Source of the DNA: Tetramitus jugosus
Lineage: Eukaryota > Protista > Heterolobosea
Direction: 5' to 3'
Length of the DNA stretch: 64,000 bases
NCBI GenBank assembly: GCA_937625935.1
Contig: OW569360.1
Location: forward strand, 248,001 to 312,000
Shown here: positions 21,676 to 30,929 of the stretch, in pieces
Layout: each line of letters opens with the position of its first letter
Numbering within the stretch: position 1 is the stretch's first letter
Made by a program: the position numbers and the translations under genes
The notes under the pieces: model-generated
Databases searched by the model: none
Seen by the model: the letters and a program-made list of their open reading frames with translations, nothing else
What the model was told of the DNA's origin: nothing

Positions 21676-24600
21676 TTACAGGTTTTCTTTGATTTCAAAA
21701 GTGAGAGAGGTAGGTTCTTCTGGTCGCTTCTCCCAGCTGTTGACCAAGTTTTCGAAGGCATTAATCTCTTCTTCCAGAATCTTGTTGGAGGAAAGATCAG
21801 ATACAATGCCAATCCGTATGGTAGCATGAACATTTCCGTCTTGATCACACGACTCTTCAATGTTAGGGAACACATGAGTGAGTACCTTTCTCCGATCAAA
21901 GGTTACAATCAAGTGAATGAGTCGAGAGCGAATCCAACCAAACCATTTGCTAAAAGTGAGATGGTCTTGAGAGGAGACATCGAAGCAGATGTACTTCTTG
22001 TAGGCCAAATGGAACTCTGGTTCCGAACTCTCAACTACCTTGTTCAACAGAGATGATATCATGTTACTGTCATCGCAACTCTCGAGAATTTCATTGGCTC
22101 TCTTCAACTCTGCTATAATAATCTTTTGTGTGCTGAGAGAAACATTTCTGGTTGAGTTGCCATATGGATATGCAGGTAGCATGATTGGAAGATATGGTTT
22201 TTGTTTCGATTGATCCTTCGAGCTATGGTTTGTGATAGACACTGGTTGTGGCCATTTCCACTTTGCAAATGTGGAGAAGAAGAGCTTGATGAGATCGAAC
22301 AGAGAGCTTGTCTCCTTGGTAGAGCTCTTGAACTCTCTGCATACATAGGCACAAAGAATGGCGTAACTGATGCCTCCAAGGTAGCCATATGCGTTGGAGT
22401 AGATTCCTCTCTGTTTAGCCCAGAACTTGACAAAGGAGATCAAAGCCTGGAATAGTTTTCTGTCAGGAACGTAGCGCAACATGCATCCGCACTCTTTGAG
22501 ACCACTAATAATTTTGACCTGGGCTCTGCTTAGTTTTCCAACAGCCTCATCGCTATCTTCAAGCGTGACAGGGATATGAATATACAAAAGGTCAATCTCA
22601 ATACCATCTACAAACTTAATATTCAGCATTGGTACCATTGCATCCAAAATGGTTCGACAAGAAGCAATTCTCTCAGCGTCATCGCACATGATGTACTTCA
22701 TGGATTCCAAGAATTCTTCTCCTGAGTGAGTGGGGTTCTGGCTCGTGCAAATACATACTGCATCAATATCATTTGATTTAATGCCAAGGCGATATGAACC
22801 AAATGTTTTGAGCAGATATTCTCTTTGACTTAGGGTAGATGATGAATCAGAAGTACTAAAGTGAGTAAGGATTGTTGATTCCAAATAATCTAGTGCTTGT
22901 CTCTTTTGTTGAATGGAATCCCTACTTTCAACAAGATTATGTTGCACATAGAAATCATTCAATTCAGTTGAGACATCTTCAATCTTAAGAGTAGGGTTCA
23001 TTCCCAATGGAGCGCTATACTCCACATTGAATGTTGTGTCATCTCGATCAATTACGAATATCTGATCAACTAAAAACTCTACAGGCTCCCAGCTACTCTG
23101 CAACTCAGCTACCTTGCTCTGTACATCTTCTACAGAGAATGTTGCAACTTCAAGTCTTGGAACATAATTAGAGTCAATCATAGACATATTGTGGCATGTT
23201 GGAAACAGTTTCTGGAGTGATTCTTGGAGTTTCACAAGTTCAAAGTTGTTGGTACTTGGTCTCAAATAAACTACACCATTCTCGTCATATTCAAAGCTAT
23301 TTAGCTTGATGATAAATGGTTCGATGCTGGTTACTTTGTTTTCAATTAAGGGCTTCACAAGATCCAGATCGTTCTTCTCAAAGAATGGATAGATGAGATT
23401 GATATGAGGTGGCCATCTCTTAGCAGAGGGATCAAAAGTATTTCTGATCTTTTGAATACGCTTCCATGATGCTCTTGGAGGAACAACTACAAGAGACGAG
23501 CTGTGAACCCTTGTCAACTTATCAATTACACTATCACTTTGAGAGTTGGTGACAATAAAATCACATTGCAAGGCATAATGATCACTTGGATGTAAATTCA
23601 CTTGCTTTTGAGTCATTTCATCAATAAAGCTAATAGTGTCCAATCCCTGAAGTTCGGTATGTTGGGGAACGAGTTTCTGAGAAGCAAACACAACCTTATC
23701 TAGACGGCGTGAGATGTTCTTTTTGGTGGTGATTGCTGCACAAATGTTGGTAGAAGGATCAAATGTGTATCCAGGTCGCTTGTGAATCTTGTGAGTGGAG
23801 AGCCAAGCATCCTTTCCCCAGTTGTACAAAATTTCATCTTCGGCTTCTCCATCAGAGAAGTTAAAATCTCCCATAATGATTGCATGATCTGCTTCCAATA
23901 ATTTGACTTCTTGAAACAGTTGAACGAGTTGTTTTGCTCGCTTTGAAGTCGAATGATTAACATGATCACTGGACAAGTGAACAATAGGAATGATAAGCTT
24001 TTCCTTGACGAATGAATCATCTGGTAGTATAATAAACACTGGCAATAGTGCAAACTTCATGGATGAGAATCGATGCAAGTACAATGCGTTTGGTTCAAAC
24101 TTTGAAAGCATCACTTGCCCATAGGAGTCTTGAACTGTATCATCACCTGACACATCAGAGATGAAATAATTTCTTCGGACCCAATCTTCTCTACACAGTT
24201 CCTCGAGGAACGATCTTCTCACTTCTTGCAGAGCGATGATATCAGCATCCGAATCTTGAATAATATTCAGAATGTGTGGAACACGTTTTGGAGTATAAAT
24301 CTTATCTGCGTCATGCATATCGAACAACACATTGTATGTCAGAACTCTGAGAGTACTCATCTTGACTGATCTCGTGTGACTTGTTGTTCGTATGACCTCC
24401 CATTCCTCACTCTCGGGATTATATGAATAGTATGGTATTTGTTGTTTAAATGGATAATGTGTTCGTTGAGAAGATCTGCTACTACCACCATTTCTTGTCG
24501 AAGGTGATGCAGAAGGAGTAGATGATGAAGATGCAATGTTCCTATTGGCCAAATGGCTCACATCACCTCCAGTCAACATATCAATCTTCTTCTCTCTGTC

Positions 24601-24945
24601 CCAGATGATTGTTCCATTCAATTTATAATAACGAATTCGATGCAGTGGCACACCTTCGTGCTCATCAACTCCTTTCCACTTGCTAAACGGCACTTCGATC
24701 ACTCCGATGAAACGATCTAGATAGCCAATGAGAACTTGATCCTTTGGAATGGAGATGTCCCATTTGATTCGATTGAAAATGGAGTCCGTTGGTCGTATTT
24801 TCTTCTTTTGAGATTCTTGGTCGTCGTCCACTGTTGTGTTGCTGTTCTTTTTAGCTGGCTTTTGTTGTTTAGACGCAGCCGGTGTGGCTTTGTCCTTCTT
24901 GTTGCTATTGTCGTTGTTGTTTGTGGCTGTCATTTGTCGGTGCAC
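21676..24945 (-). CDS. Multidomain RNA end-processing protein: MJ1316/DUF504 + EEP phosphoesterase + 2H (LigT-like) + poly(A) polymerase-type nucleotidyltransferase
   Basis: MJ1316: IFNRIKWD...IGYLDRF...VPLHRIRYYK...IWDR. EEP: LTYNV, LQEV, GDFN, RLD, SDH. 2H: RWPPHINLIYPF. PAP: FGSYRLG..NDIDAVC, IDLLY, KFWAKQRGIYSNAYGYLGG, FAKWKWPQP. Confidence 0.9.
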   Translation of the reverse strand: MHRQMTATNNNDNSNKKDKATPAASKQQKPAKKNSNTTVDDDQESQKKKIRPTDSIFNRIKWDISIPKDQVLIGYLDRFIGVIEVPFSKWKGVDEHEGVPLHRIRYYKLNGTIIWDREKKIDMLTGGDVSHLANRNIASSSSTPSASPSTRNGGSSRSSQRTHYPFKQQIPYYSYNPESEEWEVIRTTSHTRSVKMSTLRVLTYNVLFDMHDADKIYTPKRVPHILNIIQDSDADIIALQEVRRSFLEELCREDWVRRNYFISDVSGDDTVQDSYGQVMLSKFEPNALYLHRFSSMKFALLPVFIILPDDSFVKEKLIIPIVHLSSDHVNHSTSKRAKQLVQLFQEVKLLEADHAIIMGDFNFSDGEAEDEILYNWGKDAWLSTHKIHKRPGYTFDPSTNICAAITTKKNISRRLDKVVFASQKLVPQHTELQGLDTISFIDEMTQKQVNLHPSDHYALQCDFIVTNSQSDSVIDKLTRVHSSSLVVVPPRASWKRIQKIRNTFDPSAKRWPPHINLIYPFFEKNDLDLVKPLIENKVTSIEPFIIKLNSFEYDENGVVYLRPSTNNFELVKLQESLQKLFPTCHNMSMIDSNYVPRLEVATFSVEDVQSKVAELQSSWEPVEFLVDQIFVIDRDDTTFNVEYSAPLGMNPTLKIEDVSTELNDFYVQHNLVESRDSIQQKRQALDYLESTILTHFSTSDSSSTLSQREYLLKTFGSYRLGIKSNDIDAVCICTSQNPTHSGEEFLESMKYIMCDDAERIASCRTILDAMVPMLNIKFVDGIEIDLLYIHIPVTLEDSDEAVGKLSRAQVKIISGLKECGCMLRYVPDRKLFQALISFVKFWAKQRGIYSNAYGYLGGISYAILCAYVCREFKSSTKETSSLFDLIKLFFSTFAKWKWPQPVSITNHSSKDQSKQKPYLPIMLPAYPYGNSTRNVSLSTQKIIIAELKRANEILESCDDSNMISSLLNKVVESSEPEFHLAYKKYICFDVSSQDHLTFSKWFGWIRSRLIHLIVTFDRRKVLTHVFPNIEESCDQDGNVHATIRIGIVSDLSSNKILEEEINAFENLVNSWEKRPEEPTSLTFEIKENL

Positions 24946-25144
24946 ACAAGGGATAGCTTAAAAATAGGAAGGTTCTTTTGGTTGTTGTTGTTTGTCGTTT
25001 GCTTGGTATATTGAGAAGTTGAGTGTGAACAAATTCTTGTTTTAAGGGTTTGTCGTTCAATCTCAGGCATGAGGAACTTGCCTTGACAGAACAAATATTT
25101 CCCCGAAATTGAAGTCATTGTAAGTTGAACTGTATGGGATCTGT

Positions 25145-26197
25145 TTAATTGTCGTGCCAGTCAGCAACACCAGAATAGTGCAACACATTTTGGTAGCCAA
25201 CCTTTTGCAAGGCTTCTCCAGCCTTCTGTGCTCTCATTCCCAGCTTGCAGTAAACCAGAATGCGCTTGGTCTTCTCAGGCTTCTCAAAACCATACTTGCT
25301 CTTGAATTCACTACCAGAAAGTTTAAAGGCGCCATCAACTTCATCAATAGGCACATTGACTGCAGTTGGAAGTGGTTCAATCTCTTTCAATTCATCTCTC
25401 GATCTCACATCCAACACCACAATGTCGGAATTGGTGCTGAGCAACTCCTTGACTTGAATCTTGTTCAGCTTCGTGATACTCTTTAGTTTTTCTTGTCCAA
25501 TCTGCTCTAGTCCCTCTGTGATCATCACTCTCAATCCATCACACTGATGAGTCAATGTGTCTGCATGATCTGGAGGCATCACGTGCTCATACTTTTGAAC
25601 CAAATCAACAACGACATCAAGGTCCTCCTGTGCCAACGCAAAGTCACCCTTCATGACACGAAGTTTGCTTCTAGCGAGATAGGCAGATGACACAAGATCA
25701 ATACTCCTCTGCACATCCTCCTCTTGCTTCTTGTCAACAATGTCAGTCACATCCAAAATGGCCTTATTGAAATCACCAATGCGCTTGTAGGCTTCAGATC
25801 TGGACAACAACACGAATGCAAACACTTCAAAAGTGTTGTACTCTGCATTGTTCTCAACGAGAAACAAGAGCTCAGTGTACTTTTTAATGGACTCTTCCAA
25901 TTCATTCTTTTGGAAGAGATCTTGTGCTTCGACAAAGAGCTTTTGAGCATCGGTGGTTTCTTGTTTTTGAAGAGTTGGTTGATGACGGTGGAATTGTCTT
26001 GTTTGTTGTTGTTGTTGTTGTAGCAGTAAATGTTGTTGTTGTTGTCTTGGAGTAGAAAGTGTGAAAAAAAGCTGTTGTTTGATTGAAGTTGTTGTGCTTG
26101 TGGAGATTGAGTAGGATCTAATGGCGAGTGATGGTGAACACTTTTGATGATGGTTGGATGCGTGTTGTCTGCATCTCAAAGCAATTGACTTGATCAT
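25145..26197 (-). CDS. Mitochondrial-targeted TPR + rhodanese protein
   Basis: R/S/Q-rich presequence, about 3 TPR-like repeats (LLSRSEAYKRIGDFNKAILD; YLARSKLRVMKGDFALAQED), and a rhodanese domain VLDVRS...FKSKYGFEKP...LVYCKLGMRA...YSGVADW. Confidence 0.85.
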   Translation of the reverse strand: MIKSIALRCRQHASNHHQKCSPSLAIRSYSISTSTTTSIKQQLFFTLSTPRQQQQHLLLQQQQQQTRQFHRHQPTLQKQETTDAQKLFVEAQDLFQKNELEESIKKYTELLFLVENNAEYNTFEVFAFVLLSRSEAYKRIGDFNKAILDVTDIVDKKQEEDVQRSIDLVSSAYLARSKLRVMKGDFALAQEDLDVVVDLVQKYEHVMPPDHADTLTHQCDGLRVMITEGLEQIGQEKLKSITKLNKIQVKELLSTNSDIVVLDVRSRDELKEIEPLPTAVNVPIDEVDGAFKLSGSEFKSKYGFEKPEKTKRILVYCKLGMRAQKAGEALQKVGYQNVLHYSGVADWHDN

Positions 26198-26311
26198 GGT
26201 TTCTTCTGACTTGTGTGAATTGTCAACTTTTGTTTGTTTATTTCCGTTTTATCCGACAAACGACGAACTGGAGTCTGAATACCTTGGACTGTTTATTGGC
26301 AGTATCTATAC

Positions 26312-27496
26312 TTACTTTGGCCTTTTGTTGAGATTTGCAGTCTGTTGTGTTGTATGTGTGGTTCGGTATGCTCCTTTGTGAGACGCTCTTTTGGCGTGAT
26401 GTTGTTTCTTGGTTTCAGATACAATGAAGTGAAGTTCTTCAATCTGACCTGTCATGTCCTTTGAAACAGTGTACTCTGTTGAAAGTAATTCTAGAGTATC
26501 AAGAGCTTCATCATATCGCCCTATCGACATTTGTAACTCTGCAATCTTGAACTGAATGAGGGGAGCCAATTTAGTCAAATGATCAGCGTCTAGTGACTTT
26601 TGAACTTGCCAGAGGTAGGTAACTGCACCATTGACCATACCAAGCTTTTCCATAATCTCCACTTTTGTAACAATGAGTTCATAGTCTACAGTTTGTAGAT
26701 TGGTGTTACTGTTCAGATAGTTTTCGAGAGAGATGAGTGCCTTCCTGTACAGTTTCTTTCCCATGGCGTGTCTGCACTTGAGAAGGGCCAAATCGTTTTG
26801 AGATTCCTTGTTGACACGACCAAATAGATCGAATTGGATATCAATACTTCGCTTCAGGTCATCTATAGCTTCACCATACTTTCCTAATCGTGCCAGGATG
26901 AAACTTCTTTGATCAAAGTGCCTATGATTGATTAGCTTATGTCTTTGTGCTAAATGAATGACTGAATCTTGCCACTCGAGTGCAGATGAATAATTAGACT
27001 GTGACAAGTAGTATTCTGTGATCATTTCAAATCCTAGTAACAACATGGTTGGTTCTAATGTTTCCATGAGCTTGTCTCCACTTAAGCTCAATGCTCTGAG
27101 TAGGAAAGGAGTCCCTTCTGATTCTTGGCCTTTTCCTTTCGATATCATGCCTTTCATGAAGTATAATCGAGCTAAATCCTCTGTTTCATTATTCTTCCGG
27201 CATGTTTCAATGAGAAGATCAACTGTTTGGTCAGCTTTATCATAATATTCATTGAATAGTTCATGCTCGAGGCGATTGGACAGGGAAGAAGAATCTATAT
27301 TCCTGTCCAACAATTCTCCTCGTACTTCCTCCAAATTGGCAGCCAAACGTCCACTATTGTCTGCCAGAGAGTGGTGACCAAAAGAATTTGATGAAGTTTC
27401 TCTGGGAGGATTTGTTTTCACAGAAATCATTCTGCATGTTTGAGGCGATAGAGTTCGATGTCTGAACAACATTCTAGTGGCATGCCTGATATTCAT
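26312..27496 (-). CDS. TPR-repeat protein with a probable mitochondrial presequence
   Basis: Basic N-terminus (MNIRHATRMLFRHR) and TPR-like repeats RSFILARLGKYGEAIDDLKRSI and IAELQMSIGRYDEALDTL. Confidence 0.75.
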   Translation of the reverse strand: MNIRHATRMLFRHRTLSPQTCRMISVKTNPPRETSSNSFGHHSLADNSGRLAANLEEVRGELLDRNIDSSSLSNRLEHELFNEYYDKADQTVDLLIETCRKNNETEDLARLYFMKGMISKGKGQESEGTPFLLRALSLSGDKLMETLEPTMLLLGFEMITEYYLSQSNYSSALEWQDSVIHLAQRHKLINHRHFDQRSFILARLGKYGEAIDDLKRSIDIQFDLFGRVNKESQNDLALLKCRHAMGKKLYRKALISLENYLNSNTNLQTVDYELIVTKVEIMEKLGMVNGAVTYLWQVQKSLDADHLTKLAPLIQFKIAELQMSIGRYDEALDTLELLSTEYTVSKDMTGQIEELHFIVSETKKQHHAKRASHKGAYRTTHTTQQTANLNKRPK

Positions 27497-27712
27497 ATTC
27501 TCGTAATGGTCTTCTTCTTGTTTGGTTTCTAAATTGACTTGGTTTATTCAATCACTTTGAACTGATACACCGTAGCCAGACTACATCACAAAAATAGAAC
27601 GCGAATCTGTTTACAGATGACACAGAGACCAAATTCGTGCACGATTCATGCCAACCACAGAGCGAGGACATCCTTTTGGAAACAGTTTTGTTTGCAAGAT
27701 ATCTTTATTCAC

Positions 27713-28822
27713 CTAATCATTTGCGTCATTGGATGCATTTTGGGAGCTTGCTTCATGCACTTGCTCTTCCTTTGGCATCTTTGAGAACAATATTTTCACT
27801 CGAGCTCTATGTGCTAGACATACTGCCGGATATAAAAAACACATGTCTGTTTTCTCCACAACTGGCAATTCACAGATCATTTTCCCATTCAGATAAATGG
27901 CAGCAAACACTTTCCAGTGAGTTCTCTGCCTAAGTGTCATGTACGCAGATCGATACTGTGCAATGACAGCATCATCCACGAGACAATCAGCATCTTTAAC
28001 AGAATACACATGAATACCAACGATATCTCCATTGGTAAAAGGTCTCATACCACAATCAGACAAAATCTCATTGTTGAGATTGATGGTTGGATTGATTTGT
28101 GCGCCATAGTAGCCAATGGAACCTTTTGTTTCACTATTGCCCAAAACAGAGTCATCATACCTTCGAATTTCAAACGAAGATGCTCCTATACACAGCCAAT
28201 GTGATGCATCCTCCACTCGTACTTCAAAGTATGATCTCCACCGGAAATGTCTCTGTTTTGACGTTTGTTCCTCAATGAGGAATGGACCAGTGCAGAGACA
28301 AGTTGGATTCCGAGTCGTCGTGCTCTTGCGCCAGCATGTCAAATGATCTGTGCTGACTTCGACATCGGAGGGAGTAGGCTTTTCGAACCTCCAGCTCTGC
28401 GTGTACAGTATACAGTAAATTTTTTTGGTCATGGGAAAGGAGGATGAGAAAGGAAACTGAGATTTAAAGTGCTTAATGGTCTCCATAGAATCTGCATCGT
28501 CGTCGTCTTCTTCTTCCTTCTCTTTTGCAGCATCATTGTTATTGTGACCATCAATGAGTACATCATTGTCGTCATTGTTGTTGTTGCTGTTGGTTGTCTT
28601 GTCATGGTTCGAGTTGGATTTTTCACGGGATAACAAGTGACGAAACACGTGTGGAATGTACTCCCATTTATTGTCTCGATAGCACAGTTGAGCCCACACG
28701 TTGTGACTGTTGATGACATCGAAAAAGGAGCGATTGGTGAGGGACATGTTGTTAATGTCTTCTGCTACCATGAAAGAGTAGAGAATATATTGGATAATGT
28801 CACTGGGCAATCGATCAATCAT
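27713..28822 (-). CDS. F-box + SPRY domain protein
   Basis: F-box IDRLPSDIIQYILYSFM...MSLTNRSF...VWAQLC; SPRY SYFEVRV, LCIG, SIGYYG, PFTNGDIVGI, YLNGK and LYPAVCL. Confidence 0.85.
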   Translation of the reverse strand: MIDRLPSDIIQYILYSFMVAEDINNMSLTNRSFFDVINSHNVWAQLCYRDNKWEYIPHVFRHLLSREKSNSNHDKTTNSNNNNDDNDVLIDGHNNNDAAKEKEEEDDDDADSMETIKHFKSQFPFSSSFPMTKKIYCILYTQSWRFEKPTPSDVEVSTDHLTCWRKSTTTRNPTCLCTGPFLIEEQTSKQRHFRWRSYFEVRVEDASHWLCIGASSFEIRRYDDSVLGNSETKGSIGYYGAQINPTINLNNEILSDCGMRPFTNGDIVGIHVYSVKDADCLVDDAVIAQYRSAYMTLRQRTHWKVFAAIYLNGKMICELPVVEKTDMCFLYPAVCLAHRARVKILFSKMPKEEQVHEASSQNASNDAND

Positions 28823-29093
28823 TATGCTTTCCGGGTGGGTCTGGTGTGTTGTGGTAATGAATAAAACACTCGAGTTGGTTTTTTCTGGTTGTTCTGATCG
28901 GGATTTTTGTTATTTTTCTTTTTGACGAGTTCTCTCTTGGAAACGTATGATGTGATCCAAGCAAATTGACAACTCATCAGACTAGGTCTCCCAGGAATTG
29001 TCCATTCGACGGTTCAGTCCAATTTGATCCATTGAATGCTCATTAACAGAACAAAACGATGAGTCATCTCATCCTTGGGGAGTCCTCTTAGTG

Positions 29094-29107
29094 ATTTGGC
29101 GCCAAAT
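29094..29107. promoter_or_regulatory. Palindromic E2F-like site ATTTGGCGCCAAAT upstream of SPAG6
   Basis: 14-bp perfect palindrome in the divergent spacer between the F-box-SPRY gene and SPAG6. Confidence 0.45.
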
Positions 29108-29178
29108 TGTTGTCGGCGCGATCTACAACGAAAAACGAAAATTTAGACTGAAGCAGCAGAAAATCAACGAGTCAAAGC

Positions 29179-30775
29179 ATGTCAGTACGAGAGATACAAC
29201 AAGTGTTTATTAACTATCAAAAGGGGAGGATCGAATTTTCCCAAAAGATCGCAGAGCTGACGAAGCATCCTCGAAACATTGAGAGTATGTCGTAATTCTT
29301 CTTATCTATACATCACTTCTCTCCATGTGATACTAACAACAATTGCGATAGCCATGATGCAACATGATACTGGCGTGATGGAGCTTCTTCGACCTTTGCT
29401 GTTGGATCCTGAACCAAGTGTTCAACAGACTGCCGCATTGGCTTTGGGCAGGTTGGCAAACTACAGTGAGGAATTGGCGGAGAGAATTGTGACGAGTGAT
29501 ATTTTGCCTCAACTTGTTCTCTCCCTATCAAATGAGAACAAGTACTATAGAAGATCCGCTGCATTTGTGTTACGATCAGTCGCCAAACATAACCCACGAT
29601 TGGCGCAAGCAGTCGTCGATTCGGGAGCGATAGAGTCCTTAGTGGATTGCTTATCTCAATTTGATTATGGGGTTAAGGAGGCAGCAGCATGGTCCCTAGG
29701 TAATATCGCGAAACATTCAGCAGATTTGGCACAAGCCGTTGTTGAGCATCAATGTGTTCCATTACTATTACTATGTGTGAAAGAACCTGAAATCTCATTG
29801 AAGAAGGTTGCAGCTTCCACCTTGAGCTATATCTGTGGTCACTCGTCAGAACTTGCGCAAGCAGTTGTTGATGCGGAGGGTGTTCCTGATATTGCCCCTC
29901 TGATCGAGAATCCACAAGTCAAGAGGCAGGCATGCACCTGTCTTGCTAACATTGCAAAACACTCCGTGACTCTTGCTGAAATTGTCGTAGATGGCGAGAT
30001 ATTTCCCAAAATATTTTCATTACTGAACGACCCAGATGATCCTATTGTTCGAAAGAATGCTGCCACTTGCATCAGAGAGATTGCTAAGCATACCCCAGAG
30101 CTCTCTGCGCACATTGTTAACTCGGGTGGGTTGCCTGCGATTGTTGACTACGTCAAAAATGCTGAAGGAGATAATAAGCTCCCTGGTGTGATGACATTAG
30201 GTTTCGTAGCTGCGTTTGCTGAAACGATGGCCATGAGTGTTATAGATGCGAGAGCTATCCCTCCTTTGTGCAAGGCTCTCTCCGGTGAAACTTCTGATCA
30301 TGTGAAGGCTGCTTCAGCTTGGGTGTTGGGCCAGATAGGAAGACACAGTTCTGATCATGCACAAAGAGTAGCTGAAGCAAATACTTTCAAAATGCTGTTA
30401 GATGTTTACTTCAATCCAAACTCGTCCGAAGATTTGAAAACGAAATCAAAGCGGTCTCTCAAAGCAGTCATTCAAAAGTGCTTGTACTTGGAAGCTCTCA
30501 ATCCTTTATTGCAAGAAAATGCACCCGAGAATATCTTGAAGCACGTGGTCAAGCAATATGCCAAAGTACTTCCAAATGACATTGACGCCAAGAAGAAGTT
30601 CGTGACAAGCAAAGGTTTGGCCAAGCTCCAAAAGATTAGAACTGAGGACGAAGATCTCCTAGAGACTATCAAGCTCATCAACTCGTGCTATCCAGAGGAA
30701 GTTGTCCGCTACTACTCACCAGGTTATGACCAAGAACTGCTTGAGAAGATTGAGGGAGAATCCATGCACCCATAA
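29179..30775 (+). CDS. SPAG6: Sperm-associated antigen 6 / PF16, axonemal central-pair armadillo protein; intron 29285..29351
   Basis: Exon 1 MSVREIQQVFINYQKGRIEFSQKIAELTKHPRNIE matches the SPAG6 N-terminus. The intron reads GTATGT..TACTAAC..AG. Also LLRPLLLD, VQQTAALALGRLANY, ARM repeats and YPEEVVRYYSPGY. Confidence 0.96.
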
Positions 30776-30929
30776 TCCCGACATCTTTTTTCCGACTCTG
30801 TCAACGTCAAGCCCACGAGTTCTTTGCTTCCACAAAATCAACAACATTTGTACCATTAACGGAGAGAGAAGGATCCTGAGCGCAGCACTCAATCATCAAT
30901 AAAACTACGAGCATATTTGTGAAAGAGCC

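Noticed and set aside
10220-24945. A functional nucleic-acid end-repair cluster (FEN1, PNKP, RNA-repair polyprotein)
   Set aside because: They are interleaved with unrelated housekeeping genes, and proximity in a compact eukaryotic genome is not evidence of a system.
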